The notes beneath the pieces were generated by a model that was given only the letters and a program-made list of their open reading frames with translations, was not told the DNA's origin and made no database searches. From the IMG/VR virus record IMGVR_UViG_3300042356_001097: a stretch of 20,000 nt of DNA; one strand, written 5' to 3'. The translations under genes were made by a program, and so were the position numbers. The stretch's first letter is position 1; every line of letters begins with the position of its first letter. This stretch comes from an uncultured virus (IMG/VR IMGVR_UViG_3300042356_001097) (lineage: Duplodnaviria > Heunggongvirae > Uroviricota > Caudoviricetes). Below, piece by piece: positions 1-8,980 of this stretch.

Positions 1-1704
1 GCTTGGTCCACGATATGCTGGGGCAATGTTAAGTACAGTATCAGAGCTAATCTGGATAACTCTATAGGATTGTCCTCTAATTACAATTAGGTCTCCTACA
101 AGAAGCTGCTTTCTAAATCTAGTGTCTATACCTGTTACTACATTTGAAAACTGTGTTACTGAAACTTTACCGAACAGTTCTTTATTTGAGAATCTTCTTA
201 CTGCATATAATGTTCGTCCATCATACTCGAAATAGAATCCATTTTGATCATCATATAGTCCTGCTCTTGTTGCTGAGCCTTTCCATTGATACGCTGTTAC
301 GAAAGAGTTAACTCCACCTGGCAATTGATCAATTGCTGTAATTGCAGATGTAAATGTTTTTTGTAATAAAATTGTATTTGAATCTGGTACTGAGCTGATA
401 GTAAATAAACCATTAAATGGATTGTATGCTCCTACCGTTTCAATTCCTTCAACTTTAACTGTTGCTCCCGCTTGTAAATTGTGATCTTGCAAAACACGAA
501 TTGTAATTGTATTTGATCCGATTGCTGTGCTTGATGATGCAATATATGATATATCAAATGAAGGCGTAAACTTTGTTCCTGTTGAAAAAGTAATTGACTT
601 ACCTGACTGATATCTAAAGTATCTACGTGTTTGTCTAAGTGTTTGTGTTCCGCACACGTTGTTTCCTGTTGTAAGAATCACTCCACCGTCAAAAGGTCTA
701 TGCTCTACATAGCCTTCAGGCTTACAATACAAACCAATTCCTGTGGTAACAATTGTTCCTACTGGAATTAATCCTTGTGTCATAAAAGAGAAAGAATTTG
801 GGGTTGTAACTCTGTCAATCAAAAAGCTTCCGTTAATAGCACTTCCTGATGGAGCTGAAACCAAAATAGGTGTTCCTGGATATAATCCGTGTGGATTTGT
901 AGTTACTACGTTTATTCTAGAAAGGGCTGCACCGTCTGATGTAGCTGACCATGAATTTAGGTTACCTGTGTTTCCTCCAGGAATGTGAGCATTATCAAAA
1001 ATTCCTCCACCATAAAGATTTGTCAAAACTCCATCTTGTACGCTTGTGCCATTTGCCACAAAACCTTTAGCAATATATGAAAAAATAGTTGAGCTTAGCA
1101 CTGTAACCAGGAATGTTCCATCAGTTAATGGACTTAAAGACTCGTTAACGCTTACTACGTCTCCATTAGTTAATCCGTGTGGGGTTGCTGTGTTTACAAC
1201 AATTGTAGATCTAGGAGAACCTCCTGATGAAATAATGCTAACTACATCTAGGGAGTTTCCTCCTGTATTTCTTGAGAAGAATGTTGGGTAATTGTTTTGA
1301 AGAGAAAGTGATTCCCACTTGGAGCCCTGAACACCGTATTCAAAGTCTGTATCAATTAAAGATTCTGGATCTGATATCTTGAACTTTCCAACTGCATCCA
1401 GCTGATCTGGGGCTGGCATAAATGACTCAAATGGCTCATCAACCATAATCTGAAGTTTATCTGTTGACTGCATTGCTGATGTGTTGTATTCAAGAACTAA
1501 TACTGTTGATGGGTCATTTTGGCTACTGGTTAAAGAGTGGCTTACTAGACCTACCGCTGGGTCTGAAAAATTATAAATGATTTTATTCTGGGTGACGTTG
1601 GTGATCAAAAGAAGATTTTGTCTTAAGACTACTCTTGGAATTGTAATTGTGGATGTTGCAGGTGAAAATATAATTCCCTGGTCGTTAATTGCTCTTCTTG
1701 CCAT
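1..1704 (-). CDS. Large virion structural protein, runs off the window's left edge; absent from the ORF track
   Basis: ATG at 1704 after a GGGAG RBS; frame open to base 1: MARRAINDQGIIFSPATSTITIPR...LIDTDFEYG...QTRRYFRYQSGK. Repeated T-x-x-x-H-G/N-L beta motifs; resembles large virion proteins of aquatic myoviruses. Confidence 0.85.
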   Translation of the reverse strand, partial: MARRAINDQGIIFSPATSTITIPRVVLRQNLLLITNVTQNKIIYNFSDPAVGLVSHSLTSSQNDPSTVLVLEYNTSAMQSTDKLQIMVDEPFESFMPAPDQLDAVGKFKISDPESLIDTDFEYGVQGSKWESLSLQNNYPTFFSRNTGGNSLDVVSIISSGGSPRSTIVVNTATPHGLTNGDVVSVNESLSPLTDGTFLVTVLSSTIFSYIAKGFVANGTSVQDGVLTNLYGGGIFDNAHIPGGNTGNLNSWSATSDGAALSRINVVTTNPHGLYPGTPILVSAPSGSAINGSFLIDRVTTPNSFSFMTQGLIPVGTIVTTGIGLYCKPEGYVEHRPFDGGVILTTGNNVCGTQTLRQTRRYFRYQSGKSITFSTGTKFTPSFDISYIASSSTAIGSNTITIRVLQDHNLQAGATVKVEGIETVGAYNPFNGLFTISSVPDSNTILLQKTFTSAITAIDQLPGGVNSFVTAYQWKGSATRAGLYDDQNGFYFEYDGRTLYAVRRFSNKELFGKVSVTQFSNVVTGIDTRFRKQLLVGDLIVIRGQSYRVIQISSDTVLNIAPAYRGPS

Positions 1705-1719
1705 ATTAGTTAGTCTCCC

Positions 1720-2337
1720 TTAGAAAATAAAACTTGTTGCCATAATTGTACCATTTATCTGTGCCAAAGATGATGTTAGTGCATATTTTGGATAATAAAT
1801 ACCTAGATTAAGTAATGAATCTAATTCATAGGCTGAAACTCTTCTTTCAATGTCCGCCACAACTACATCTCCAATTGGACCAATAGGTCCTTGTGGTCCC
1901 GCTGGTCCTGCATTTCCCTGAATACCTTGAGGTCCTCGTACGTTACCTTGTAATACCCAAGTAGTTGTTGATGCGCTATAAACGTAATACTCTCCAGTAT
2001 TTAAATTTATAAAGTTATCGCCTTCAATTAAATTTGTTAATCCCGCATTTTGTGGAATAGATTGGGCTGTGTATGTCTTTGTTCCTCTTGTACCTGGAAC
2101 ACCCGCTGGGCCTGTAACTGATGCGCCTTGTGGAATTGAAAAGTTAAAAACAGCATTTGTTGCTGTGCCTGAATTTGTTACTGTTGCGTTTGCACCTGCT
2201 GCAACTGTTGTTACTGTTCCTACAGATACGGCTGCGGCAGTTCCTGCTGGTCCTTGAGGGCCAGTGGCTCCCGTTGGGCCAGGTCGTGATCCTGCAACGA
2301 CTACCCACTCAGTTCCGTTATAGCGTTTTAATGACAT
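1720..2337 (-). CDS. Collagen-like (Gly-X-Y) minor tail/fibre protein
   Basis: [13 protein letters not shown] and [22 protein letters not shown] repeats; NAVFNFSIPQG motif typical of phage collagen fibres; GGAGAGG RBS. Confidence 0.85.
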   Translation of the reverse strand: MSLKRYNGTEWVVVAGSRPGPTGATGPQGPAGTAAAVSVGTVTTVAAGANATVTNSGTATNAVFNFSIPQGASVTGPAGVPGTRGTKTYTAQSIPQNAGLTNLIEGDNFINLNTGEYYVYSASTTTWVLQGNVRGPQGIQGNAGPAGPQGPIGPIGDVVVADIERRVSAYELDSLLNLGIYYPKYALTSSLAQINGTIMATSFIF

Positions 2338-2356
2338 ATTTGATTACCTCTCCACT

Positions 2357-2362
2357 ATTATA
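2357..2362 (-). promoter_or_regulatory. Putative -10 element TATAAT
   Basis: TGTTGTATAAT in the short intergenic gap, just upstream of the RBS of the 2337 gene. Confidence 0.5.
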
Positions 2363-2376
2363 CAACATATCTTTTA

Positions 2377-4647
2377 TTAAACCCCAGCCCAAATTAACGT
2401 TTCCGAATCGAAGGTTGGGAATATCTTTATCCATTGTCCCGCAGCTGCCACATATAAAGAAGCCTCTGATGACACGTATGCTATCATTCCGCCATGCAAA
2501 GATGCTGCTGGCAAACTAGCAAAGTTTGTTATTTGTGCAGCATTGTTTTTAAACAAATCAGAATAAGTTATTTCACCCTCTTCTGTTGTTAAGTCTAACC
2601 AAAACTCTGTTTGCTGTGGATTTGGAGGAGTTGTTGAAGACAAAATAGATTGACCACTTGTGTCATCTAAATCAACCCAGAAATCTCCTTCAACCGTAGT
2701 ATATGCAGGAGGCTCTTCATCTGCGTATATTAAAGGAAGATCTGGTTCATCTGTGTCAATCCACAGAGTATCCATTCCATAAGTTCCTTCAGCTGGAGGA
2801 TTAGGTCCAGCAAAAACAAATTCAGTAGATCCTGCGTCATCGTCAACATCTATCCAAAGATCTCCTGCTGTTGTTGCTCCAGATGGTGGTGCAATTAATC
2901 CGACAAAGAATGTGCTTGGAGGAAGAGAGGTATCTGTTGGGATTAATGTTAATCCTTCACCTCCACCGCCGCCTCCTTGAATATCTTGCCATAGCAATCC
3001 GTCATACACCTTTAGTTTATTTAAGGCTTTATTGTAATAAATTTGTCCATGTACTGGTGTCAATGGGGCGGCATCAAGACCAATAATAATTCCGTTAGTA
3101 AAAGTATTCTTTGATGTCCATGTATTAGTAGTAGATAAAGATAAGTCTGTAGATACATATTCCCATGTGGAGCTTAATGCATTCCAAACCTTTAAGGACC
3201 TTGTATTGCCGCTTCTATACTCATCGGTATCAAACCAGAACTGGCCATCTATAGGGCTTAAAGGTGCAGTAGGAGACATTTTAGCAGTAGATGGAGGAAT
3301 GTACGCTTCCAGGATCATCTTGTTTGCTTCGTCATCATAAGTTACAGAAATATTAGGATTAGTTCCATGTGCAAATAGTGGTCCTATTGCGTCTTGAACT
3401 TGTTCTTGTGTTAATTGAGCTACTGCTACAAAGTTAATCTTTCCCGTTACATCATCATAAGTTGCAGTTAAATTTGTGTGTGTTCCAGATGTTATTAGTC
3501 CTGCCGCTACATCTTGAATTTTCTCGTCTATATCTAATTGAGTTAATGGAACCTTTCCATTTTCATCAAGTGTTGCAATTCCGTCTGCTACCCCTACTTC
3601 TGATAAAGGGACATATGTTGTAGCAGTATTACTTCCAAGTGCTGTGATGGCGGCATCTGTATATGTCTTTGCATTTTGTGTAGCGCCAGCTTTTGCTGTT
3701 TGAACAAAGGCGGTTGTGGCAATTGTTGTCGAATTGTCATCTGAAGATTGAGTTGGAGCTGTTGGCAGTCCAGTAAATACTGGAGAAGCTAGAGGGGCTT
3801 TAAGAGAAAGAGCGTTGGTTATGGTTGTTACAAAATTTGCATCATCCCCAATTGCGGCAGCAATTTCATTTAGAGTATCTAGAACTGCTGGGGCTGAGTC
3901 AATAAGATTGGATATTGCTGTATTTACATATGTCCGATCTGCAATAACGGTAGTATCTACTGCCAGGGTTATTGTATTAGCGACATCGTCATAAGTCTTT
4001 GTTATTCCATTACCCGCCGTTAAAGATGTAGCAATTGCGTCCATGACCTCTTCGTCGTCATAATTTGCGCTTAAGCTTAGCTTTGCGGTTGTATCATCAT
4101 ATGAGACGGTTATATTATAGTGGGTTCCATCTGTAATTAATTTTGCGGCTACGTCTTGAATTCTCTCATCGATATCAAGCTGGGATTGAGGAACAAACCC
4201 ATTTACCAATGTGGCAATAACTGATGTATCTACTGCTAAGGTAATTGTGTTAGCAACGTCATTATAAGTTTTTGTGATTCCTGTGCCTGCTGTTAAAGAT
4301 GTTGCAATTGCATCCATGACTTCTTCGTCATCATATGTAGCGGTTAAGCTTAGTGAGTTTGCAACATCATCATAAGCAACGGTTATATTGCCGTGGGTTC
4401 CTGCGGCCAATGCGGCAGCGATTGTGTCTTGCGCCATTTCATTGGTATATATTTTAGATATTAAGTCCCGAACCTTATAGTCTATGGTTGAGGTATCTGT
4501 AGAATTATCAACACCAAGTTTGGCCTCTAAGGCCTCAATTGCATCGTTGGCATTTGAATGCTGGGCAGAATGGGATACAAACTCAACAGAATCAGTAGCT
4601 GCTGGATTTAACAGTTGATCTAGTGTTGTAGGGAATGTAGTTGCCAT
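2377..4647 (-). CDS. Long repeat-rich tail fibre-like protein (756 aa)
   Basis: Internal repeats (YDDEEVMDAIATSLTAG.GITKTY.DVANTITLAVDT x2; IDE.IQDVAA.LIT.GTH x2); DSAPAVLDTLNEIAAAI and LASPVFTGLPTAPT..IATTAFV fibre motifs; repeated W-x-D motifs in the C-terminal part. Confidence 0.85.
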   Translation of the reverse strand: MATTFPTTLDQLLNPAATDSVEFVSHSAQHSNANDAIEALEAKLGVDNSTDTSTIDYKVRDLISKIYTNEMAQDTIAAALAAGTHGNITVAYDDVANSLSLTATYDDEEVMDAIATSLTAGTGITKTYNDVANTITLAVDTSVIATLVNGFVPQSQLDIDERIQDVAAKLITDGTHYNITVSYDDTTAKLSLSANYDDEEVMDAIATSLTAGNGITKTYDDVANTITLAVDTTVIADRTYVNTAISNLIDSAPAVLDTLNEIAAAIGDDANFVTTITNALSLKAPLASPVFTGLPTAPTQSSDDNSTTIATTAFVQTAKAGATQNAKTYTDAAITALGSNTATTYVPLSEVGVADGIATLDENGKVPLTQLDIDEKIQDVAAGLITSGTHTNLTATYDDVTGKINFVAVAQLTQEQVQDAIGPLFAHGTNPNISVTYDDEANKMILEAYIPPSTAKMSPTAPLSPIDGQFWFDTDEYRSGNTRSLKVWNALSSTWEYVSTDLSLSTTNTWTSKNTFTNGIIIGLDAAPLTPVHGQIYYNKALNKLKVYDGLLWQDIQGGGGGGEGLTLIPTDTSLPPSTFFVGLIAPPSGATTAGDLWIDVDDDAGSTEFVFAGPNPPAEGTYGMDTLWIDTDEPDLPLIYADEEPPAYTTVEGDFWVDLDDTSGQSILSSTTPPNPQQTEFWLDLTTEEGEITYSDLFKNNAAQITNFASLPAASLHGGMIAYVSSEASLYVAAAGQWIKIFPTFDSETLIWAGV

Positions 4648-4654
4648 ATCTTAT

Positions 4655-4660
4655 ATTATA
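4655..4660 (-). promoter_or_regulatory. Putative -10 element giving a leaderless transcript
   Basis: TATAAT 7 nt upstream of the ATG at 4647; no Shine-Dalgarno in between. Confidence 0.55.
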
Positions 4661-4668
4661 CCCCTTGC

Positions 4669-5409
4669 TTAGTTATAGTTCTTGCGGTTCCAATACTTCT
4701 TTTTGTAATACCCATCGGAACCCTTTGAGTGGCTTTTAATGTCAACTGTATAACGAGCTTCAAGTATTTTACTAATCTTCATGACCCAAGAATCTCTTTT
4801 GTATGGGAGTAGTTGAGCTATTGGAGTTCCTTTTGGAATAACACCTTCAAAATCTTCTTTTAAAAAAAACGGGATATTGCCAGATGGAACCCAACCATCG
4901 CTGTCAATAACTCCCGACAGCGTTGTAAATGGCAAATCAAGTCTATTAAAGGGATGTGTTACAAGTACAGAATATCCTCTCGGAACTTTCCATCCCCACT
5001 TTCCGCTCCAAACAAAATGATTTTGCATATGCCCTGGTGGTCTTGGTATAGTAGATCCACTTGAACCTTTTCTTTCATTTACTAGTCTGCTAAAAATTTG
5101 ATTATCTTTAAGAGCATGGTTATGCGAAGTTCTTTTTTTATTAGGCTCAAATGATCCATCTTGTTTTATTTTGCCATCTTCAATAACAACAAAGCCATCT
5201 TCTCTTGATATCTTTAAATCATCGATAGTCGTTAAGGCGTAGCCAGTCAGCATTACATCCAGAAATGGTACACATGTTTTTAATCCTGCAGACTTTTTAT
5301 CATCATAGGTTTCTCCATCTTTATACCATTGAGGTATGTGATTTTTCATAGGAGAAGGCTCAAGCATGTCTACCATGTCTGGATAGGCCACAAACTTAAT
5401 TTTTTTCAT
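4669..5409 (-). CDS. Phage protein with dUTPase-like C-terminal motifs (possibly DUF6065-like)
   Basis: TCVPFLD, W.W..P.GYS.L.THP.NR; GVIDSD resembles dUTPase motif III and IPKGTPIAQL resembles motif IV; the other catalytic motifs are not evident. Confidence 0.65.
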   Translation of the reverse strand: MKKIKFVAYPDMVDMLEPSPMKNHIPQWYKDGETYDDKKSAGLKTCVPFLDVMLTGYALTTIDDLKISREDGFVVIEDGKIKQDGSFEPNKKRTSHNHALKDNQIFSRLVNERKGSSGSTIPRPPGHMQNHFVWSGKWGWKVPRGYSVLVTHPFNRLDLPFTTLSGVIDSDGWVPSGNIPFFLKEDFEGVIPKGTPIAQLLPYKRDSWVMKISKILEARYTVDIKSHSKGSDGYYKKKYWNRKNYN

Positions 5410-5417
5410 TTATGCCC

Positions 5418-5690
5418 CTAAGCTGGTGGTGTAAATGTTGTTCCGTCGTATGCCCAGTCTTGGCCTATTGCAACTTGTGAAATAAGCTCGCCTTCTACAC
5501 GATCTGGAAATGTTATATCTGTAATGTCAACAATTGTTGGATTGCTCAAGATAATAGCCCACATTCTTTCGTCTGTAGCCAGGGTCTGAACAACTTTGCC
5601 ATCAATAACATATGCTAACTTTTTAATATTCTCTGCTGGCACTGCAACAGGAACATCTTGTGTGGCTAACCACTCTTCATATACTGTCAT
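5418..5690 (-). CDS. Small tail-fibre assembly/chaperone-like protein (90 aa)
   Basis: Likely true start MTVYEEW at 5690 (GAGGAGG RBS; ATGA overlap with the upstream stop). LAYVIDGKVV...IGQDWAYDGTTFTPP pattern is typical of small genes after fibre/adhesin genes. Confidence 0.7.
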   Translation of the reverse strand: MTVYEEWLATQDVPVAVPAENIKKLAYVIDGKVVQTLATDERMWAIILSNPTIVDITDITFPDRVEGELISQVAIGQDWAYDGTTFTPPA

Positions 5691-5929
5691 ATTTTTTCCT
5701 CCTCTATTTTTGTTTGTCCCCATTTTCCAATAGGGCATTCTGCATTTGGTAGCTTTGTTTTTGCCGTCATAAGGCAACCACATTTTTTGCATTGGCTAGT
5801 AGTTTTTATAAAAAAGGTACAACCTTTACAAATCTCAAGTCTTTGATCTGCCGTTAAAGTATCTACACGGCCTATTTTTTTATTATACAGATCCCAGGGC
5901 CTAGCTGGTCTTTCAAACGGATCAGCCAT
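5687..5929 (-). CDS. Small Cys-motif protein (DUF6171-like), putative metal-binding or redox protein
   Basis: RLEICKGC..QCKKCGC..K......CPIGKW with 6 Cys; overlaps both neighbours. Confidence 0.75.
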   Translation of the reverse strand: MADPFERPARPWDLYNKKIGRVDTLTADQRLEICKGCTFFIKTTSQCKKCGCLMTAKTKLPNAECPIGKWGQTKIEEEKI

Positions 5930-6320
5930 TTTTGTTCCATTCTTCTAGTGGTATTGGATCTATTTCTTTGATTTCAAAAAAATCTTTTTCGTCTTCGTTG
6001 TATATCCAATTTTTTGAATTTAAGTCTAATTTATTTTTTTGCTCATGATTAATTTCAATAAAAATTGGTCCCATTTTAAGCAAATTACCAAACTTTGGGT
6101 TTGTTGTCATAATGTCTTCCACTATCATGGATGTTGGGTCTAATATGGCAAGGTGCATTCCGAGCTTGGACTGATCTGGAATAAACTCATGATCTTTTGG
6201 AACCTTGTATCCTATTTTTAAATTGTTCCTTAAATACTTATTGGCATGTGTTTTTATATATACACGAATATCTCTTAAATAGTCTTTAAGGCTTTGAGTA
6301 AAACTAAGTTTAGTATTCAT
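5922..6320 (-). CDS. Hypothetical protein, probable paralog of 5418-5690
   Basis: Starts immediately after the stop of the Cys-rich gene. LAILDP..IVEDIMTT...LL..GPIFIEI...WIYN aligns by eye with LAYVIDG.VVQTLAT...IL.NPTIVDI...WAYD. Confidence 0.7.
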   Translation of the reverse strand: MNTKLSFTQSLKDYLRDIRVYIKTHANKYLRNNLKIGYKVPKDHEFIPDQSKLGMHLAILDPTSMIVEDIMTTNPKFGNLLKMGPIFIEINHEQKNKLDLNSKNWIYNEDEKDFFEIKEIDPIPLEEWNKNG

Positions 6321-7667
6321 TTAATTTACCCTAAATTCATCTATTGTGTATCCTTGGCTTGCGTTTGAAGCTCTTGAAATTATACCATGATCTTTTGACT
6401 TTTGTCCAGTATTTGTTGTAGTTAGGTCTGATCCAACTTGGGAAGAATAATTTACATCTGAATAAGCTTGAGCTGTAACACTATTGCCATCTGTGGTCAC
6501 CTTAATGCCAGCAATTGCTGTAGTTGAATTGCTTGTTGAGGATATAACTGTTTCTGAACCGCCTTCTTTTTTAATTAAATCTATTTTATGATGGTCTGCA
6601 CAGTTGCAATTATAAGTGTAGGATGAAGCACATCCGCAAGATGCATTTGGTCCATAGGAATATCCGTCGCAGTATTGGCACTGATTATATGCTCCACAAA
6701 CTGTGCATGAAGTATATCCTGTACAATATTGACATGAATTATTTGCAGCACAAACTGTACAGCTTGTGTAAGATGTACAGCATGACTGTTGTGAATATCC
6801 TGTACAAACTGTACAACTTCCATATGCAACACATTGTTGGCAGCTACCGTACACTGCACAATATGATCCCGAGCATTCGCTGTATGAAGAGCATGTTGTG
6901 CATGTTCCATAACTAAAGCATAATGTTACTGCACAAAATGTTGGCTGGCCACAAACAACTCCGCCTTTGTATGAATTATAAACATATGCGGCACAGCAAA
7001 AATTACCATAGTATGTATAGTACTCTGTACAACAACTACTTGTCGTATAGCCAGTGCAGCATGTATAGTAAAATGGAACACTTGCTATGCAGCACTCATA
7101 ATTTGAATAAGCAACACAGCATGTTTGTGTTCCATATGAGGAGCATACGGTACATGTTCCATATCCATTGCAGCAACTTGTTGTAGTATATGAAGCACAT
7201 CCGCAACTTCCGTCTGGTCCATAATTGTATTGGTTGCAGCATGTAGTCTGAGTATATGAAGCACAACCACAAGATGCATTAGACCCATAGGCGTATGAGC
7301 TACAATAAGAACAGCTATTGTACTGTCCGCATGCTGAACAAGTTTGACAAATATTTGTTGTATTTTTTACTACCGCCCAATAGTTCCCAGAGTCTGTTAC
7401 CCAAAAAGCTGGGCCTACACCCGATGCTGGATTTTTTGCTTTAATACTTGCATTTGTAGATGAAAATGTTGTTGAAATTAATGAACCTAATGCAACAGAT
7501 GTTCCTTTTCCTGCAGCAATTGTCCAACCAGCAACTACATGCTTCCATTTTGCGGAAGTCAATCCTGCATTTACTAGCGTCAGTCTACCAAAATCTTCTA
7601 CAAGAGAAAGCAATGCTTTTAGCCTTGAGACGGATGCGCTATGTCTTCTTCTGGGTCCTCTTGGCAT
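6321..7667 (-). CDS. Putative adhesin: ConA/lectin-like beta-sandwich interrupted by a 250-aa, 50-Cys insert (448 aa)
   Basis: Likely start MPRGPRR at 7667 (TAATG overlap with the upstream fibre stop). Flanks contain no Cys and read like a beta-sandwich (DFGR..W..GW.I; GPAFWVTDSGNYWAVV | KIDLIKKEGG; IKVTTDGNSVTAQAY; HGII; TIDEFRV). Confidence 0.8.
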   Translation of the reverse strand: MPRGPRRRHSASVSRLKALLSLVEDFGRLTLVNAGLTSAKWKHVVAGWTIAAGKGTSVALGSLISTTFSSTNASIKAKNPASGVGPAFWVTDSGNYWAVVKNTTNICQTCSACGQYNSCSYCSSYAYGSNASCGCASYTQTTCCNQYNYGPDGSCGCASYTTTSCCNGYGTCTVCSSYGTQTCCVAYSNYECCIASVPFYYTCCTGYTTSSCCTEYYTYYGNFCCAAYVYNSYKGGVVCGQPTFCAVTLCFSYGTCTTCSSYSECSGSYCAVYGSCQQCVAYGSCTVCTGYSQQSCCTSYTSCTVCAANNSCQYCTGYTSCTVCGAYNQCQYCDGYSYGPNASCGCASSYTYNCNCADHHKIDLIKKEGGSETVISSTSNSTTAIAGIKVTTDGNSVTAQAYSDVNYSSQVGSDLTTTNTGQKSKDHGIISRASNASQGYTIDEFRVN

Positions 7668-8980
7668 TATGCAGTTGTATCTCCTGTAACCAACCAGGAG
7701 TTTGCTGCTCTTTTTTCTAACATAATCGTGCTCCACTGAACTCTTGATTTAAATTGAGAATCTGTTCCCTGCATTGTTACCGCTGCATCTTTTGTTATAG
7801 TGACTTGCCCAGTTCCGATTTGTCTGACTTCAACCATTGATCCAATTGGCCATCCTGCATCTTGGGTATCATTTGGAATTGTAATTGTGCAAGCAACGCT
7901 GCATTCAAGAAGGGTGTTTTTATCTGTTGCAGAACTAATTGTCCGTGTTGCAGATGATACTGGAATATAAGTAATCAAGGCTTTTGTATTATCAGAGGTA
8001 TTGTCTACATTTGAAAGACCAACCATGTCTTTTGTGATTCCGCCTACCGTTCCAGTAAAGGTTGGTGAAGCAATTGGGGCTTTATTACCTAGAGCGGTAG
8101 TAATAGTTGCTGCGTATGAAGCATCATCATTTATTGCTGCCGCAAGTTCATTTAAAGTGTTTAATGTTTCTGGGGCAGAATCTAAAAGATTTGATACTGC
8201 TGTAGTAACATAAGACTGTGTAGCAAAATCTCCATCTGTTAATGCTGCATTAAATTCAGCCAGGGTTCCACTAAGAGTATTTCCTCCTACTGATATAATA
8301 AGTCTCGTTCCGCCACTAGTTGTTACTATTCCTGATACATATCCTATTCCAGAATTTACTACAGAAATAACTCCTTCTGCGCTAATGCTTATTCTACCGC
8401 CCCGATCAAGACCTGCCTGATAAATTGCTATATCGCTTTGCCCAAAAAATCCAGATATGTTATCGTATTGAGCAATTGATGTAATCCCAGTTCCAAGACC
8501 AATTGTTTTGTTTGTTAGAGTTTGAGCTAAAGTATTTCTTGTAATTTCTGCTGGTATTTCAGAATCTGGGATTTTACCCGTTTCATCAAGTGAGGCAACT
8601 CCGTCTGCATTTCCAACAATACTAAGAGGTACATAGCTTGCTGCTGACGTGCTACCTAAACCAGAAACGGCGGTATCGACATAAGTCTTATTAGCAATAG
8701 TGCTATCAACTGCAAGGGTAATTGTATTTGCAGTATCGTTATAACTTTTTGTTATTCCTGTTCCAGCTGTGATTGCAGATTCAACTGCATCTTGAGCAAG
8801 CTCTGAAAGTTCGCTTGGCAAAATATTAATATATGGAAGAGATGTCCACAAGCTTGTGCCATTGCCAACTTTTAATTTATTTAATGTTAAATCTAGTCCT
8901 AGTTCACCAGATTCTAAAATTTTAGTAGATGAATTCCATTGGGTAGTTGTGCCTCTTCTTATTCTTATTCTAGATGCCAT
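7667..8980 (-). CDS. Tail fibre protein with Mtd_N-like N-terminal domain
   Basis: [11 protein letters not shown]....ILESGELG.....KLKVGNG...W..LPY N-terminus; DSAPETLNTLNELAAAI; GLSNVDNTSD; C-terminal TITIP..WPIG...RQIGTGQVTI...WLVTGD domain. Confidence 0.85.
   Translation of the reverse strand: MASRIRIRRGTTTQWNSSTKILESGELGLDLTLNKLKVGNGTSLWTSLPYINILPSELSELAQDAVESAITAGTGITKSYNDTANTITLAVDSTIANKTYVDTAVSGLGSTSAASYVPLSIVGNADGVASLDETGKIPDSEIPAEITRNTLAQTLTNKTIGLGTGITSIAQYDNISGFFGQSDIAIYQAGLDRGGRISISAEGVISVVNSGIGYVSGIVTTSGGTRLIISVGGNTLSGTLAEFNAALTDGDFATQSYVTTAVSNLLDSAPETLNTLNELAAAINDDASYAATITTALGNKAPIASPTFTGTVGGITKDMVGLSNVDNTSDNTKALITYIPVSSATRTISSATDKNTLLECSVACTITIPNDTQDAGWPIGSMVEVRQIGTGQVTITKDAAVTMQGTDSQFKSRVQWSTIMLEKRAANSWLVTGDTTA

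Noticed and set aside
6600..7349. RiPP precursor, metallothionein or eukaryotic keratin-associated contamination
   Set aside because: The insert is in frame within a beta-sandwich protein coupled to phage fibre genes; no radical SAM or YcaO enzyme nearby; its long-range symmetry differs from simple Cys-rich repeats.
7668..7736. N-terminal extension of the Cys-rich ORF; likewise the track starts at 5792, 16443 and 19001
   Set aside because: These overlap upstream genes or a repeat; downstream ATGs have an RBS or stop-start coupling.
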